Positions 1 to 10,124 of a DNA stretch of 64,000 bases are shown piece after piece. Location: contig LBYP01000003.1 of the NCBI GenBank assembly GCA_000996245.1, forward strand, positions 9,509-73,508, read 5' to 3'. Each line of letters opens with the position of its first letter. Position 1 is the first letter of the stretch. Source of the stretch: Parcubacteria group bacterium GW2011_GWA2_40_23 (GTDB taxonomy: Bacteria; Patescibacteriota; Patescibacteriia; UBA11705; JABHMO01). Position numbers and translations under genes: made by a program. The notes beneath the pieces were generated by a model that saw nothing but the letters and a program-made list of their open reading frames with translations, was not told where the DNA came from and made no database searches.

Positions 1-1053
1 CGTCACTTCACCATAACCGCCGCTTTCGCCAATGAAGGGCATCCAGGCTTCAATGTCGTATTTTTTGTAGGCAGGAGTTCCCAGATCCCCCTTGCACATC
101 AATAAAACACGATAAGGAAGCTTGAGAGCCTGATAGAATTCTTCTTCGATCGAAAGCAATTCTTCGTGAGCCGCGGCACTTTGATCCGGCCGCACAAACT
201 GATAAATCTCAACCTTGCTGAATTGATGAACACGGTAGAGCCCCTTGCTTTCGCGACCACTACTACCTGCTTCTGTTCTGAAGCAGTGACTCACACCAGA
301 AATACGAATCGGAAGGTTCTCTTCTGCAATTACCGTATTGGCCATGTAGCCACCGATAGTAATTTCAGAAGTACCAATCAAGCTTAGAGCACCTTCTGTC
401 AACGAGTAAATCTGACTTTCTGGTCCTCGTGGCGAAAAACCAGAAGCAGAAATAATCTCGTCGCGAGCTAGTTCCGGTGTTGTAACCGGAGTAAAGCCAT
501 ACTTCATTGCAAGATCAAGTGCGTAACGAATGAGGCCAAGCTCAAGAAGAACAGCCTCGTTCTTCAAGTAGTAGAACTTTGCTCCTGCAACTTTCGCTGC
601 TGCCACAAAGTCCAAAATGTCCAAGCGTCGGCCAAGCTCAACATGATCAAGCTTCTGAAAGTCGAACTGCCGCGGCGTTCCCACATGTTTAATGGGAAGA
701 TTGCTTGCTTCGTCTTTCCCTTGGGGAACATCTGAGGCTGCTAAATTGGGAATCCGAAGCATCTCCTCAAGATAGGCTTTTTCCAGGACTGCGAGTTCTT
801 CTTTGAAAACAGCCAGGTGCTGCTTAAGACTTGTCATTTCCAGACGAAGCTGCTCCCTAGTCTCATCACCAGCATTTTTAAACTGCCCTGCAATCTGATT
901 AGCTCGGTGTTGAGCCTCCTCGGCCGCCCTTCTTTTCTGCTTCATTTGCAGATAAAGGGAAACTGTTTTATCAACATCCGCCAAGGCATAACGCTCTTGT
1001 GTGTTCCTTCGCACTAGCTCCACGTTTTCAATGATGAACTGGATATCGAGCAT
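1..1053 (-). CDS. serS: seryl-tRNA synthetase (runs off the window start)
   Basis: Not in the ORF track. Manual minus-strand translation from ATG at 1053 gives MLDIQFIIENVELVRRN..., and later SerRS motifs (LRIPNL, KLDHVELG, GAKFYYLKN, CFRTEAG, GLYRVHQFSKVE, KYDIEAWMP). AAGGAGAGG lies upstream. Confidence 0.93.
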   Translation of the reverse strand, partial: MLDIQFIIENVELVRRNTQERYALADVDKTVSLYLQMKQKRRAAEEAQHRANQIAGQFKNAGDETREQLRLEMTSLKQHLAVFKEELAVLEKAYLEEMLRIPNLAASDVPQGKDEASNLPIKHVGTPRQFDFQKLDHVELGRRLDILDFVAAAKVAGAKFYYLKNEAVLLELGLIRYALDLAMKYGFTPVTTPELARDEIISASGFSPRGPESQIYSLTEGALSLIGTSEITIGGYMANTVIAEENLPIRISGVSHCFRTEAGSSGRESKGLYRVHQFSKVEIYQFVRPDQSAAAHEELLSIEEEFYQALKLPYRVLLMCKGDLGTPAYKKYDIEAWMPFIGESGGYGEVT

Positions 1054-1230
1054 GGTGCCTCTCCTTTGCGCGCTGTGGCGTTTAGAAATAATCCCTTCTT
1101 TCACAATAATACATTAAACTTAATTGTTAATTTAGTCAAAAAGTTGAATTGACAAATAACCGCTTTAAAGTTAAATTATATTCAGAGGCTAAGAGTAGCA
1201 CACTGAAACTCCAAAAAAGGGGGGGTAAAC

Positions 1231-2421
1231 ATGTCAGCCGAGACGTTAATCGAGAATTCGCTAGTTGTGCATGCGTTCCTGGCAGAAAAAGGTTGGCGAT
1301 CACAGATCTGTACCAAATGTGGCTCAACCTTTTTCATTAAAACTTCTAACTCCACGAATTCAACTTTTTGTGGATGGCACAAGTGTAACAACGGAACCTA
1401 TCCTTTCCGCACACTATCGAAGAGAAAAAGTCTACTAACGATTCAGCAAATCAACACTCGAATGCGTGAGTATTTTCGTTCTGTGGGATTTATACCAATC
1501 CCACCGTTAAACATTGCAAACGCAGCCGGCCAAACAGACCTGGTCATTGCTGGGGTGCAAGTGTTTGATAATATCATCCACAACGAAGAACCAATTCGAG
1601 AAGATCCGTTCTTTATTTCTCAACCTTGTGTGCGGATGCAATTCCAGCCACAAGTAGAATCTCAAGAAGGGACATCCAGCTCTTTTGTAAATGTCTGCAC
1701 TGAGAAAATGGGGGCGGGGATTACCCAGCACCTGCAGACCATAGACCAGTGGTGTACGTTTCTGTCCCAAATGGGTCTTCACATGAATGACTTCGTTCTC
1801 GTGCTGCGGACGCGAACAAACGACTGGGGGACCGGCGCCTTTCAATCCCTTGAGCTTTTCTTCTCCTATGGCGGACTTGAACTCGGGGATGCAGCCTTTG
1901 TGCTGATTCCCCAAGCAAACCGAGACCCAATTCCCATTAGTGATATTGGCTTCGGACTCGAACGAATCGCCTGGGCGGTCAATAAGACCGCTTCGTATTT
2001 CGACCTATTAACGCCCTGGACATCAACAGAATCCAGGGAACTACATGACGCCTGTCGAACTCTTTCTCTCCTCGTCCTCTGCGGAGTACAAGCATCAAAC
2101 AAGGGGCCAGGACTCCAGTTCCGGCGCTTTGCTAAGTTACTCAGCGAGAAATACTATGGGGCTGAACTATATGCCCTAATCCAGTACTACTATAACTACT
2201 GGGCACAGTTCATTGAACCCCATGTCGATTGCGAACAAACATTGTTACGAGCACGTCTCGAGATAGAAAGGTTCATCAACCGGAGGCTCTGTGCAGAGTT
2301 AAAACTTCCCCGGCCCGACGAAGAAACAACCGAAGACTACCTTAATCGGTTGGTATATCTACACGGGGCAAACCTGCACGAGCTACGTAACACAGTACAA
2401 ACATGCAAAAGGCAAAGGTAA
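1231..2421 (+). CDS. alanyl-tRNA synthetase-like protein, catalytic domain only
   Basis: N-terminal CTKCG...CG..C Zn motif like archaeal AlaRS, plus QPCVR and DIGFGLERIAWA class II motif 3. 396 aa with no editing or C-Ala domain. Confidence 0.75.
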   Translation: MSAETLIENSLVVHAFLAEKGWRSQICTKCGSTFFIKTSNSTNSTFCGWHKCNNGTYPFRTLSKRKSLLTIQQINTRMREYFRSVGFIPIPPLNIANAAGQTDLVIAGVQVFDNIIHNEEPIREDPFFISQPCVRMQFQPQVESQEGTSSSFVNVCTEKMGAGITQHLQTIDQWCTFLSQMGLHMNDFVLVLRTRTNDWGTGAFQSLELFFSYGGLELGDAAFVLIPQANRDPIPISDIGFGLERIAWAVNKTASYFDLLTPWTSTESRELHDACRTLSLLVLCGVQASNKGPGLQFRRFAKLLSEKYYGAELYALIQYYYNYWAQFIEPHVDCEQTLLRARLEIERFINRRLCAELKLPRPDEETTEDYLNRLVYLHGANLHELRNTVQTCKRQR

Positions 2422-3098
2422 ACAATCAGATCTATTTGTCGGGGGGAGGAAATGAACACCAATCATTCCCCCTCGACAACTTTTTTTTCAATGCCCTTCC
2501 TAAAAAAGGATTCTTTTTATATATACCCATAGCTCTGCGTGGCCACAAACTTTTTTCAACTGCACCCGCATGGATGAAGGGACTTATCACACTACACAAA
2601 CGAAGGGACTTAACTTTTAAAACTGTTATCAATCTTCAAAAATATAAATTTGAAAATCTAGTTAACATTAATGGAATATATATTGGGGGTGGTAACACTT
2701 GGCTTTTAATGCAAGAGCTTAAGGACTCTCGTTTTGCAGATGTCCTAAATCAATATTTAAAAACTGGCGTCCTTTTATATGGGGGTAGTGCTGGGGCAAT
2801 TGTTTTTGGTAAAAAAATTGATACCCAAAACGATAAAAATGTAGTTAGACTAAAAGACCAGAATGGCTTAAATCTGTTAAATAAATATTCTATTATTTGC
2901 CACTACACTAAAGTTCAGGATGATAACTGTAAAAAATGGACTAAAAAAAATAAACTGCCGCTTATTTGTCTGCCAGAAGAAACGGGCTTGATTATTGAAG
3001 CTGACCAAGCAAGGTGTGTCGGGACAAAACCTTGTATGCTTTATTCGGCAACAGGCAAACAAAAATTGATAAAACCAAACAAATCATTCAACTTATAA
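2403..3098 (+). CDS. peptidase E / S51 family (class I glutamine amidotransferase-like)
   Basis: YLSGGG, IYIGGGNT, GGSAGAI nucleophile elbow, CHY, LPEETG. Confidence 0.8.
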   Translation: MQKAKVNNQIYLSGGGNEHQSFPLDNFFFNALPKKGFFLYIPIALRGHKLFSTAPAWMKGLITLHKRRDLTFKTVINLQKYKFENLVNINGIYIGGGNTWLLMQELKDSRFADVLNQYLKTGVLLYGGSAGAIVFGKKIDTQNDKNVVRLKDQNGLNLLNKYSIICHYTKVQDDNCKKWTKKNKLPLICLPEETGLIIEADQARCVGTKPCMLYSATGKQKLIKPNKSFNL

Positions 3099-3139
3099 AA
3101 ACAACCCACCCCTTTGACGAGGTGGGCCGATTGATGTCC

Positions 3140-4399
3140 CTAATACAAGTTCAACTCTCCCTGCACAATCCTTTGCGTCGTTTCGTTGACGTGAAGAAGT
3201 TTGTCTTTGATGATCTCTGCGATCAACTGACGTTGAAGTGTGTTCGCCATGGAACCACAAACTTCAACACAGGCAGACCAGGGATCCGAAAGACTTCGAC
3301 CCATCTGTGAGGTGAGGTAGACATAGGTCTCGAGCCCTGTTTGGGTGAAGATCCCCTCAGAAATGAGAGCGCAAACTGCGGTGTAGATCTTGCCCACGTG
3401 GTAGACAGGATTCTTGCCGCAACAAGCTTCCATGCTCATGTGTCTCGTAAACGGGATCACTCCATTGTAGCGATTCCCGCGACCGACAACACCTTCGTCT
3501 CCGCTTTCGATCGCACTTCCAGTCAATGTCAAATAGTAATCCGATTTACCAGGATTGTCTCTGGTATTTAGAAAGACCTTTACTCCATACTGACTGAAGT
3601 TCCTCTGCACCAAGTTACGAATGAATTCCTCAAGAAATTCAAGTTTCTCGGCGTAGAACAACTTGTCCGGCGTATAGCACGCTACAAACGGAACACAAAC
3701 AGTTATCTCCAGGCGCCTTCTCATCCGCCTGGCCATAACCTTGATATCCGTCCCAACATAGGGATGGAGTTTTTTAAATTCCGGACTGTTAAGCGTGGTT
3801 TCCACGAGCAGCACGATCTTCTCGGTGTTGCTAAGTGGACTGTACGCAACCGCTGTCGAGGTATCGTTCGAGCGGAGATTGTTGTCATGGAAAACAGCAA
3901 ACTCCTTCTCGGGAATTTCGAAAAAGAACTGCCGTTCGTTCTGCGAGGTTCCATCAGCGTCGTATACTACGCCCGGCCCCGGAGCAAAGTGTGTGTTGTC
4001 CACGATCACGAACCAACGATCAAGATCCAGCAAAGGCAAAACTGTCCCAAGGTGCTGAAAGACTGTCTCCCGAACAATATCCAGGTAGGGGATGGTCTCT
4101 TTCTGGTAGCTGCGCGTGAATCGACAATTAAGGTACAGGCGCGTTGGCTTCTGCATCTCACCACCGCCGAACTGAACCTTCGTCGCCCCACCAGAGAGAG
4201 CAATTTTGTCGACCATGTGCCGCAAAATAATTCCATAATGCCTCAAGCAATATTGTGAATATGCCTGAGACACCTTTTCGGCAAGCGTATCGCAAAGAGT
4301 ATCCGGATGTCCGATACCCTTACGCTCGACAACCTCAAATGCCGTCTGGTCGATAGCCAGGGCTCCTGACGAATAAATCAACAAATTACGCTGGTTCAT
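3140..4399 (-). CDS. methionine adenosyltransferase, archaeal-type
   Basis: EVVERKGIGHPDTLCD, GTDIKVM, YLTLTGSAIESGDEGVVGRGNRYNG, SMEACCGKNPVYHVGKIY. AGGAGG SD and a TTGACA-17-TACGTT promoter upstream. Confidence 0.9.
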   Translation of the reverse strand: MNQRNLLIYSSGALAIDQTAFEVVERKGIGHPDTLCDTLAEKVSQAYSQYCLRHYGIILRHMVDKIALSGGATKVQFGGGEMQKPTRLYLNCRFTRSYQKETIPYLDIVRETVFQHLGTVLPLLDLDRWFVIVDNTHFAPGPGVVYDADGTSQNERQFFFEIPEKEFAVFHDNNLRSNDTSTAVAYSPLSNTEKIVLLVETTLNSPEFKKLHPYVGTDIKVMARRMRRRLEITVCVPFVACYTPDKLFYAEKLEFLEEFIRNLVQRNFSQYGVKVFLNTRDNPGKSDYYLTLTGSAIESGDEGVVGRGNRYNGVIPFTRHMSMEACCGKNPVYHVGKIYTAVCALISEGIFTQTGLETYVYLTSQMGRSLSDPWSACVEVCGSMANTLQRQLIAEIIKDKLLHVNETTQRIVQGELNLY

Positions 4400-4542
4400 T
4401 TGCGTTCCCTCCTGGCAAGTCGGGGTAAAAGACCTGGGCGAACTGAGTTCAACGTACTATTTATCAAAATCATTGTCAATTGAGTTTTCTCAAAAAATGC
4501 TAAGCTATATTCAAGAATAACCGCCCCAGATCGAGGTGTCTC

Positions 4543-4770
4543 ATGACCAAGAAGAGAAGTCGTCCGCTCGCAGGTTTCAAGGGTTCGATACTCGGCGGCA
4601 ACCACCCACTCGACGACCAGACACGCCAAGCCATCGCCGACGCCAGAAGGTTCCGCCCAATAACAGAGACACATTGCCCACGTATTAGACCTCGACCACA
4701 AATGGCTGGTCACGTCGCGGTAACGAAAACGCCCCGCAGATCAATTCTGTGGGGCGCTCTTTTTTTATGA
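4543..4770 (+). CDS. small basic GC-rich orphan ORF
   Basis: GAGGTG SD before ATG. The ORF runs through a terminator hairpin, so the 3' end is uncertain. Confidence 0.35.
   Translation: MTKKRSRPLAGFKGSILGGNHPLDDQTRQAIADARRFRPITETHCPRIRPRPQMAGHVAVTKTPRRSILWGALFL
4729..4767 (+). terminator. intrinsic terminator
   Basis: cgccccgcaga-tcaat-tctgtggggcg followed by a T tract. Confidence 0.7.
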
Positions 4771-4896
4771 TTACTGAATTACAAATATCAGGAGGTTATG
4801 AATTATTAATTGCCGAGGCCCTTCTTCTAACACTGATTACTCGACAAGGCCACCTAATTGTTTTCTTGCTTTTTTGTTTTATTGATTATCGTTTAG

Positions 4897-6024
4897 CTAT
4901 TGTTTTATGGGCATCACAATATACGTATAACTATCATCACCCTTTGGTCGAACAAGAAAAGGAACATTACCATCAACAAGGCTCAGTTCAACTTCTTCGG
5001 CGGAAATATTATTTAGTCCGTCGAGTAAATATCTATAATTCAAAGTTGTTTCATTGTCTTCACCAGCAAAAGCAACCGCCATTTCTGATTTACTTTCACC
5101 GAGTTGTGAGTTGGTGGCCTCAATAATTAATCCCTTGGCTGAATTAAATTTTAAATTCACATCAAAAATCCCCAACTTTGAAAACAGGGCCACGGCCTTA
5201 ATCGACTTAACAAGTTCAGAGGTAGCAACAACAACTTGGGTGCGAGTCTCTGTCGGAATAATTTGTTTATAATCTGGAAATTGACCTTCAATTAGACGAG
5301 AGATGAGTTCAATGCCATCGCAAGAGAACAAAATCTGGTTATCAGAAACAAATATTTGCAAAGCATCAATTTGATTTTCTTGTTCCTTGACCAAACCAAG
5401 CACACGCAAAACTTCTTGTAATGATTTTACTGGAACAATCACGTCTCGTTCCTCTTTGTTGTCGCTAATGGCGAGTGCCTTCTCGGTTAAACGATAACTA
5501 TCTGTTCCTACAAGATGAACCATGCCAGGTTTAATTTTATTGAAAGACATTAAGACGCCGCTGATCTCTGGGCGGGATTCAGAGTTGGCCACAGCAAAAA
5601 CAACTTGTGCCAAAGCTTTTTTAAAATCCTTAATATTTATTTTGTAAGAAGATGTGCGTTCGATCTTAGGTATAACAGGGAAGTCATCTGAGACAATGCC
5701 CTTTATCTTAGTTTCAGAAGAACGACAAGCAACTTTTAAAAAATCGTCCTTGGCTAATTCGAGGTTTACTTGATCGTTTGGTAAAAGACTAATGTATTCA
5801 GAAAGAAGGCGAGCGTCCGCTGTGAAGGCACCTTCAACGTCAACCTTACAACGAACATGACAACTAATTCCAATTTCTAAATTAGTACTAGAAAGTTTTA
5901 CTCCACTGCTATTTGCTTCTAATAAAACATTGTTCAATATTGGGAGGTTAATGTTTTTGTTTACTAAATGTCCTGTTGCTTGTAGTCCAAAGTTTAAGTT
6001 TTCTTGAAGGCACGTAAATTTCAT
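4897..6024 (-). CDS. dnaN: DNA polymerase III beta clamp
   Basis: LPILNNVLLEA, GTDSYRL, LIEGQFPDYKQIIP, YIVMPIK. Directly downstream of dnaA. Confidence 0.97.
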   Translation of the reverse strand: MKFTCLQENLNFGLQATGHLVNKNINLPILNNVLLEANSSGVKLSSTNLEIGISCHVRCKVDVEGAFTADARLLSEYISLLPNDQVNLELAKDDFLKVACRSSETKIKGIVSDDFPVIPKIERTSSYKINIKDFKKALAQVVFAVANSESRPEISGVLMSFNKIKPGMVHLVGTDSYRLTEKALAISDNKEERDVIVPVKSLQEVLRVLGLVKEQENQIDALQIFVSDNQILFSCDGIELISRLIEGQFPDYKQIIPTETRTQVVVATSELVKSIKAVALFSKLGIFDVNLKFNSAKGLIIEATNSQLGESKSEMAVAFAGEDNETTLNYRYLLDGLNNISAEEVELSLVDGNVPFLVRPKGDDSYTYIVMPIKQ

Positions 6025-6291
6025 ACTTGTGTTTATTTAAATCTCTTATATATAAAACATAATAATAGTAATAATGCTGTGTATTACAGTGGACAAGTCT
6101 TTAGAAGATTTAATTTTAAAGAAATTTCCCTGTGTGTTCGTCTGTGTTTTGCTTGTGTGTGTTGTTGTGTGTAAGTCGTGCTTTTGATTGTTTTGAGACC
6201 CTCAAAATTTAATCAACAGTTGGAGTAAAAAGTTCTAAACATGTTTTTCCAGATAATTTATACGACTTGTAAACAGTTTATCCAGAGAAAA
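6025..6291. other. putative oriC part (dnaA-dnaN intergenic)
   Basis: AT-rich stretch with degenerate DnaA boxes (agtggacaa ~6088, ttatccaga ~6278, several tgtgtg motifs). Confidence 0.5.
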
Positions 6292-7677
6292 CTAGTGTGC
6301 GTAGACCTTTTGTTTAATTAAATTTATTTCTTGGCGCAGTTTTTCATCGTTTTCAACCAGTCCACTTATCTTTTCGTGTGCGTGCATGGCGGTGGTGTGG
6401 TCGCGTCCACCAAGTTCGTGTCCGATAGTTGGGTAAGAACAGCGCAATTCTTCTCTCAAAAGGTACATGATGACTTGTCTGGGGAAGGCAAAACGTTTTT
6501 CGCGACTCTTGCCCAACATGTCTTGCATGGCGGTATCATAAAACTCGCTAACGAGTTCAATTAATTGGCGGGCAGAAACAGCTCCGCTTTGTTTGCTGGC
6601 AGAAGAAATAGAGAAAAGAACTTTTTTTACATTCTCGAGGGTTGGGGGGATGTGGTTGAGTTGGTGATGAGCGATGATTTTATTGAGAGCGCCCTCAAGC
6701 TCACGAATATTGTTTTGAATGTTCAGTGTAATATATTGAATAATGTCACGTTCCAGTGGAAAGTTTTTTTCTTGGCATTTTGTTTCAAGAATAGCGATAC
6801 GGGTTTCAAGGTCTGGTTGAGAAATGTCTGCAATCATGCCCCATTCAAAGCGAGAAAGAAGGCGATCTTCTAGTGTGGCAATGGCTTTGGGTGGTCTGTC
6901 AGAAGTTAAAACAATTTGTTTGTCACTTTGGTGTAGTGCATTAAAGGTGTGGAAGAAAGTTTCTTGTGTGCCCTCTTTGCCAGCGAGGAATTGAATATCA
7001 TCAATTAGCAAAACATCCGGCGTGCGGTAGGTGGCATTAAACTTTTCTGTTCGGCCAGAAGATACTGCATTGATGAAGTCATTAGTAAATTGTTCACAAG
7101 TGACATAAAGGACTTTTTTCTGTGGTGAATGTCGTTGTATTTCATTTCCGATTGCTTGTATGATGTGAGTTTTACCCAAACCAACACCACCGTAAATAAA
7201 AAGCGGGTTATAAGTTAAACCCGGCTTTTCAGCCACAGCTCTGGCTGCGGCGTGGACTAGTTCATTGCCCTTGCCAACAACGAAAGAATCAAAACAATAC
7301 TTAGCATTTAAGCCAATCGCCTGTTCGCCAATAGCAGGGCGAGTTCTAACCTCTGCCTGGAATTGTTTGGCCTCGGCAATAATGGTCTTTTTGATTTGTT
7401 CTTGTTCTTGGCAGTAGTTCTTAACAGTTTGAACTTTATAAGTAATTTCTTTGATGCGTTCTTTAGACTTGCTTTGGATAATGCGGTAAATGTCGGTGTG
7501 ATATTTCTGTTTTAACCAGGCCTGAGAAAAGGTGTTGGGTACGCCGACAACAATTCTGCCGTCTTCATTTTCGATAATAAAAGTATTTTTGAGCCAAGTT
7601 GTGAAACTTGCCTTGCTTAGGGAGAGCTCAAGCTCCCCGAGGACTGCTTGCCAGAGTTGCTGATTAGCTTCTTCCAT
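6292..7677 (-). CDS. dnaA: chromosomal replication initiator DnaA
   Basis: YNPLFIYGGVGLGKTH, LLIDDIQFL, RLLSRFEWG, GGRDHTT. Confidence 0.98.
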   Translation of the reverse strand: MEEANQQLWQAVLGELELSLSKASFTTWLKNTFIIENEDGRIVVGVPNTFSQAWLKQKYHTDIYRIIQSKSKERIKEITYKVQTVKNYCQEQEQIKKTIIAEAKQFQAEVRTRPAIGEQAIGLNAKYCFDSFVVGKGNELVHAAARAVAEKPGLTYNPLFIYGGVGLGKTHIIQAIGNEIQRHSPQKKVLYVTCEQFTNDFINAVSSGRTEKFNATYRTPDVLLIDDIQFLAGKEGTQETFFHTFNALHQSDKQIVLTSDRPPKAIATLEDRLLSRFEWGMIADISQPDLETRIAILETKCQEKNFPLERDIIQYITLNIQNNIRELEGALNKIIAHHQLNHIPPTLENVKKVLFSISSASKQSGAVSARQLIELVSEFYDTAMQDMLGKSREKRFAFPRQVIMYLLREELRCSYPTIGHELGGRDHTTAMHAHEKISGLVENDEKLRQEINLIKQKVYAH

Positions 7678-7809
7678 AGTTTTTTTTGTTTTGTTTTACG
7701 TTTAAAGCTTTTAGCTTCTAGCAAGTTAGCTTATAGGTGCTGAGCTATAAAAGGCTAAACACCTAACAGCTAGAAGCTATTTCCTAGAAGCTTTGTATTG
7801 TAGGTGTTT

Positions 7810-7920
7810 CTATTTTAGCACGAATGAGTATGTGGACAAGTTGTGATGATCTCTTAAAAACTGCGTAACCTGTTTATAACTTGTTGATAACTGTAAATTA
7901 TATTATCTGAGTTAGTGAAA
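7810..7920. other. putative oriC part / dnaA promoter with DnaA boxes
   Basis: tgtggacaa (7831), tgtttataa (7871), tgttgataa (7882) resemble DnaA boxes on the reverse strand. Confidence 0.55.
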
Positions 7921-8041
7921 ATATGCAAGAAATAAATTTGGTAAAAGGGAAAAGGGGTATGGGCGAAGGGGAGCTCAAAAACAATTTGATCATAATTAAT
8001 TTTCCCTTATTCCTTACCCCACATCCCATAACCCCTTCTCA

Positions 8042-8070
8042 TTGACAAATCCGCAAAAACAAGCTATTCT
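8042..8070 (+). promoter_or_regulatory. sigma70 promoter of rpmH
   Basis: TTGACA-17 bp-TATTCT. Confidence 0.65.
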
Positions 8071-8098
8071 ATGGTTACTTTACTATTAGACATTTTAT

Positions 8099-8245
8099 AT
8101 GCCAAAAAGAACCTTCCAGCCGAACGTTGCTAAGAAACTTAAGAAACAAGGTTTCCGAGCTCGCATGGCTACTAGCGATGGACGAGAAATTATCAAAAGA
8201 CGACGCGCGAAGGGTCGCAAAAGACTAACTGCGTCAGATAAATAA
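8099..8245 (+). CDS. rpmH: 50S ribosomal protein L34
   Basis: Manual translation [48 protein letters not shown]. Canonical position divergent from dnaA. Confidence 0.96.
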   Translation: MPKRTFQPNVAKKLKKQGFRARMATSDGREIIKRRRAKGRKRLTASDK

Positions 8246-8437
8246 ACGATGGCTTGTCCCAGAAGTTATGCGAAACGTGTGTAATTGAATGGCTTGCCAT
8301 AAAGTTACGCGATTAGCGTATACTTTATGGAAAATTTATTAAAAAGAAGCTACACTGTTAGTAGTTTCTTTTTTGTAAAGTAAAAATAAATTCTATTTAC
8401 TGGTGACTGGTTACAGGTTACTGGTTACCCACGAACT

Positions 8438-8794
8438 ATGCTACAAAAAATATATCGTATAACAAAGCAATTAGAATTTGACGCCTTCTTTGGCAATAAA
8501 TTCAAACAAGCCCGCGGCCGCAATTTTTCTACGGCTAATTTTATTTTTAAGAGTAAGCCAAATGGTTTAAAGAATTCACGTTTTGGTTTTGTTATTTCCA
8601 ACAAAATTGATAATCGCGCAGTCGTCAGAAATCGTCTGCGTCGTTATACCCGTGAGACAATTAGACTCAATTTAGACAAATTTAAACAAAATTTGGATTG
8701 TTTGATTGTCTTTAAAAAAGGTTCACAGACACTGGATCATGAAAAATTAGAAAAAGAAATTTTAGGCATTTTTAAAACAATTAGATTGTTATGA
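8438..8794 (+). CDS. rnpA: RNase P protein component
   Basis: SRFGFVISNKIDNRAVVRNRLRR (RNR motif) and synteny. Confidence 0.93.
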   Translation: MLQKIYRITKQLEFDAFFGNKFKQARGRNFSTANFIFKSKPNGLKNSRFGFVISNKIDNRAVVRNRLRRYTRETIRLNLDKFKQNLDCLIVFKKGSQTLDHEKLEKEILGIFKTIRLL

Positions 8795-9051
8795 AATTAA
8801 AAGTTTTTTTATATTATCCTCGATATATCGCGCTTAAGATGATTCGCTTTTATCAGCGAACTATTTCTTTTGATCACAGCCCCATGAAAGAGTTCTTTCC
8901 AGGTGGTTTTTGTCGTTACAATCCATCGTGTTCAGAATATACATATAAATCAATTGAAAAATACGGCTTAATTAAAGGTGGGTTTAAGGGGGCGTGGCGC
9001 ATTATGCGTTGTAATCCTTGGTCAAGGGGTGGCGATGATCCAGTAAAATAG
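8791..9051 (+). CDS. yidD: membrane protein insertion efficiency factor
   Basis: CRYNPSCSEY...RIMRCNPWSRGGDDP and synteny. Confidence 0.93.
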   Translation: MKLKVFLYYPRYIALKMIRFYQRTISFDHSPMKEFFPGGFCRYNPSCSEYTYKSIEKYGLIKGGFKGAWRIMRCNPWSRGGDDPVK

Positions 9052-9192
9052 TTACGAATAGCCACAGAAAGTTGATGTTACGAATTACTGCTAAGACTCG
9101 ATTGCTAAACAGTAATTCGCAACCTCTAAATAATTGAGTTATTTGTAATATAAAAACACGCCGCACTCGACGAGGAGTACGGCGGTGGCTGG

Positions 9193-9570
9193 CTACTTGG
9201 GAGCAGCTGGAACCTTTGTTTGGGCGTTGAACCTTCGGACTTCCTCTTGGCGAAGCCGGTGCCAGGTCAGGTGCTCCATCACGAGCAGCCAGACGATGGC
9301 GATGAAGTAGACGATTGGCCCGAGGGCAATGGTGATCTTCATCAGGGCTTCTGCCAAGAAGTAGATTGTCGCGGCGAAGATGATCGCACACAGGAAGCTA
9401 ATGCCGGTGCGAGGTGCGAGGCGAATGTCCTTGTCCCAGCTCTTCAGCAGGAGGCTGGTGGTCTGTGCGGTTGTGAAGGAGAGGAACAGGAGGGTGAAGA
9501 GGAACACGAGGTGTCCGTTGCCGGGGCCAGTCCCCAGTTGCGTGGATAGGGAACCAAATAGCTCATACAT
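9193..9570 (-). CDS. GC-rich orphan membrane protein (3 TM)
   Basis: Hydrophobic helices, own TTGACA-17-TATATT promoter (9619-9647), GAGG SD, downstream hairpin. Confidence 0.65.
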   Translation of the reverse strand: MYELFGSLSTQLGTGPGNGHLVFLFTLLFLSFTTAQTTSLLLKSWDKDIRLAPRTGISFLCAIIFAATIYFLAEALMKITIALGPIVYFIAIVWLLVMEHLTWHRLRQEEVRRFNAQTKVPAAPK

Positions 9571-9791
9571 GGGATTCCTCTATGTTGATAACGTTTGTAT
9601 TGGTACTCCCCACAAGTGAATATAGCACAGGGAAACATCTTTGTCAACTAAAAAGAGAGAAGGGTATAATAAAGCAAAAGAGAAATAAAACAGTAAATTT
9701 AAATAAAATGTTTATGTTTATAGGGACAGGTCGCGACCTGTCCCCGTGCAAAAAAAATAGCGCCGGTAGAAATGTTCCTACCAGCGCATTG

Positions 9792-10124
9792 TCAGCGACT
9801 ACGAATGAGCACTCCCTGGTTGCTGCCAACCGGGCCCGTGCAGGCGATCAGGTCGACGTTCTTGTTCCGGGCGTTTATGGCCCTGAAGGGGCAGGCCCAA
9901 GTGTCTTCCTGGGTGCACCCGAATTCTCGTGCGGGAGCCTTGCAGGCGCCCACCTGGATATCGGCGTACCCTTGCTTCTTCACCGCGGCGGAGACCGTCA
10001 CCGGATTCGGGGGCGATTCCATCGACTTCATGTACTTCACGAACGCAGGCACGGCCACCATCGCGACGACGGCCACCATCGCGACTACGATCATGAGCTC
10101 GATCAATGTGAAACCCTTCCTCAT
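9792..10124 (-). CDS. type IV prepilin-leader protein with 4-Cys C-terminal domain
   Basis: MRKG/FTLIELMIVVA cleavage-methylation motif. Start at 10124 follows an AAGGGGG SD. Confidence 0.75.
   Translation of the reverse strand: MRKGFTLIELMIVVAMVAVVAMVAVPAFVKYMKSMESPPNPVTVSAAVKKQGYADIQVGACKAPAREFGCTQEDTWACPFRAINARNKNVDLIACTGPVGSNQGVLIRSR

Noticed and set aside
166-1017. Short plus-strand ORFs in the track
   Set aside because: They are shadows of serS on the minus strand.
4400-4480. SAM riboswitch upstream of MAT
   Set aside because: The leader after the promoter is only ~45 nt and shows no recognisable SAM-I/II/SAH consensus.
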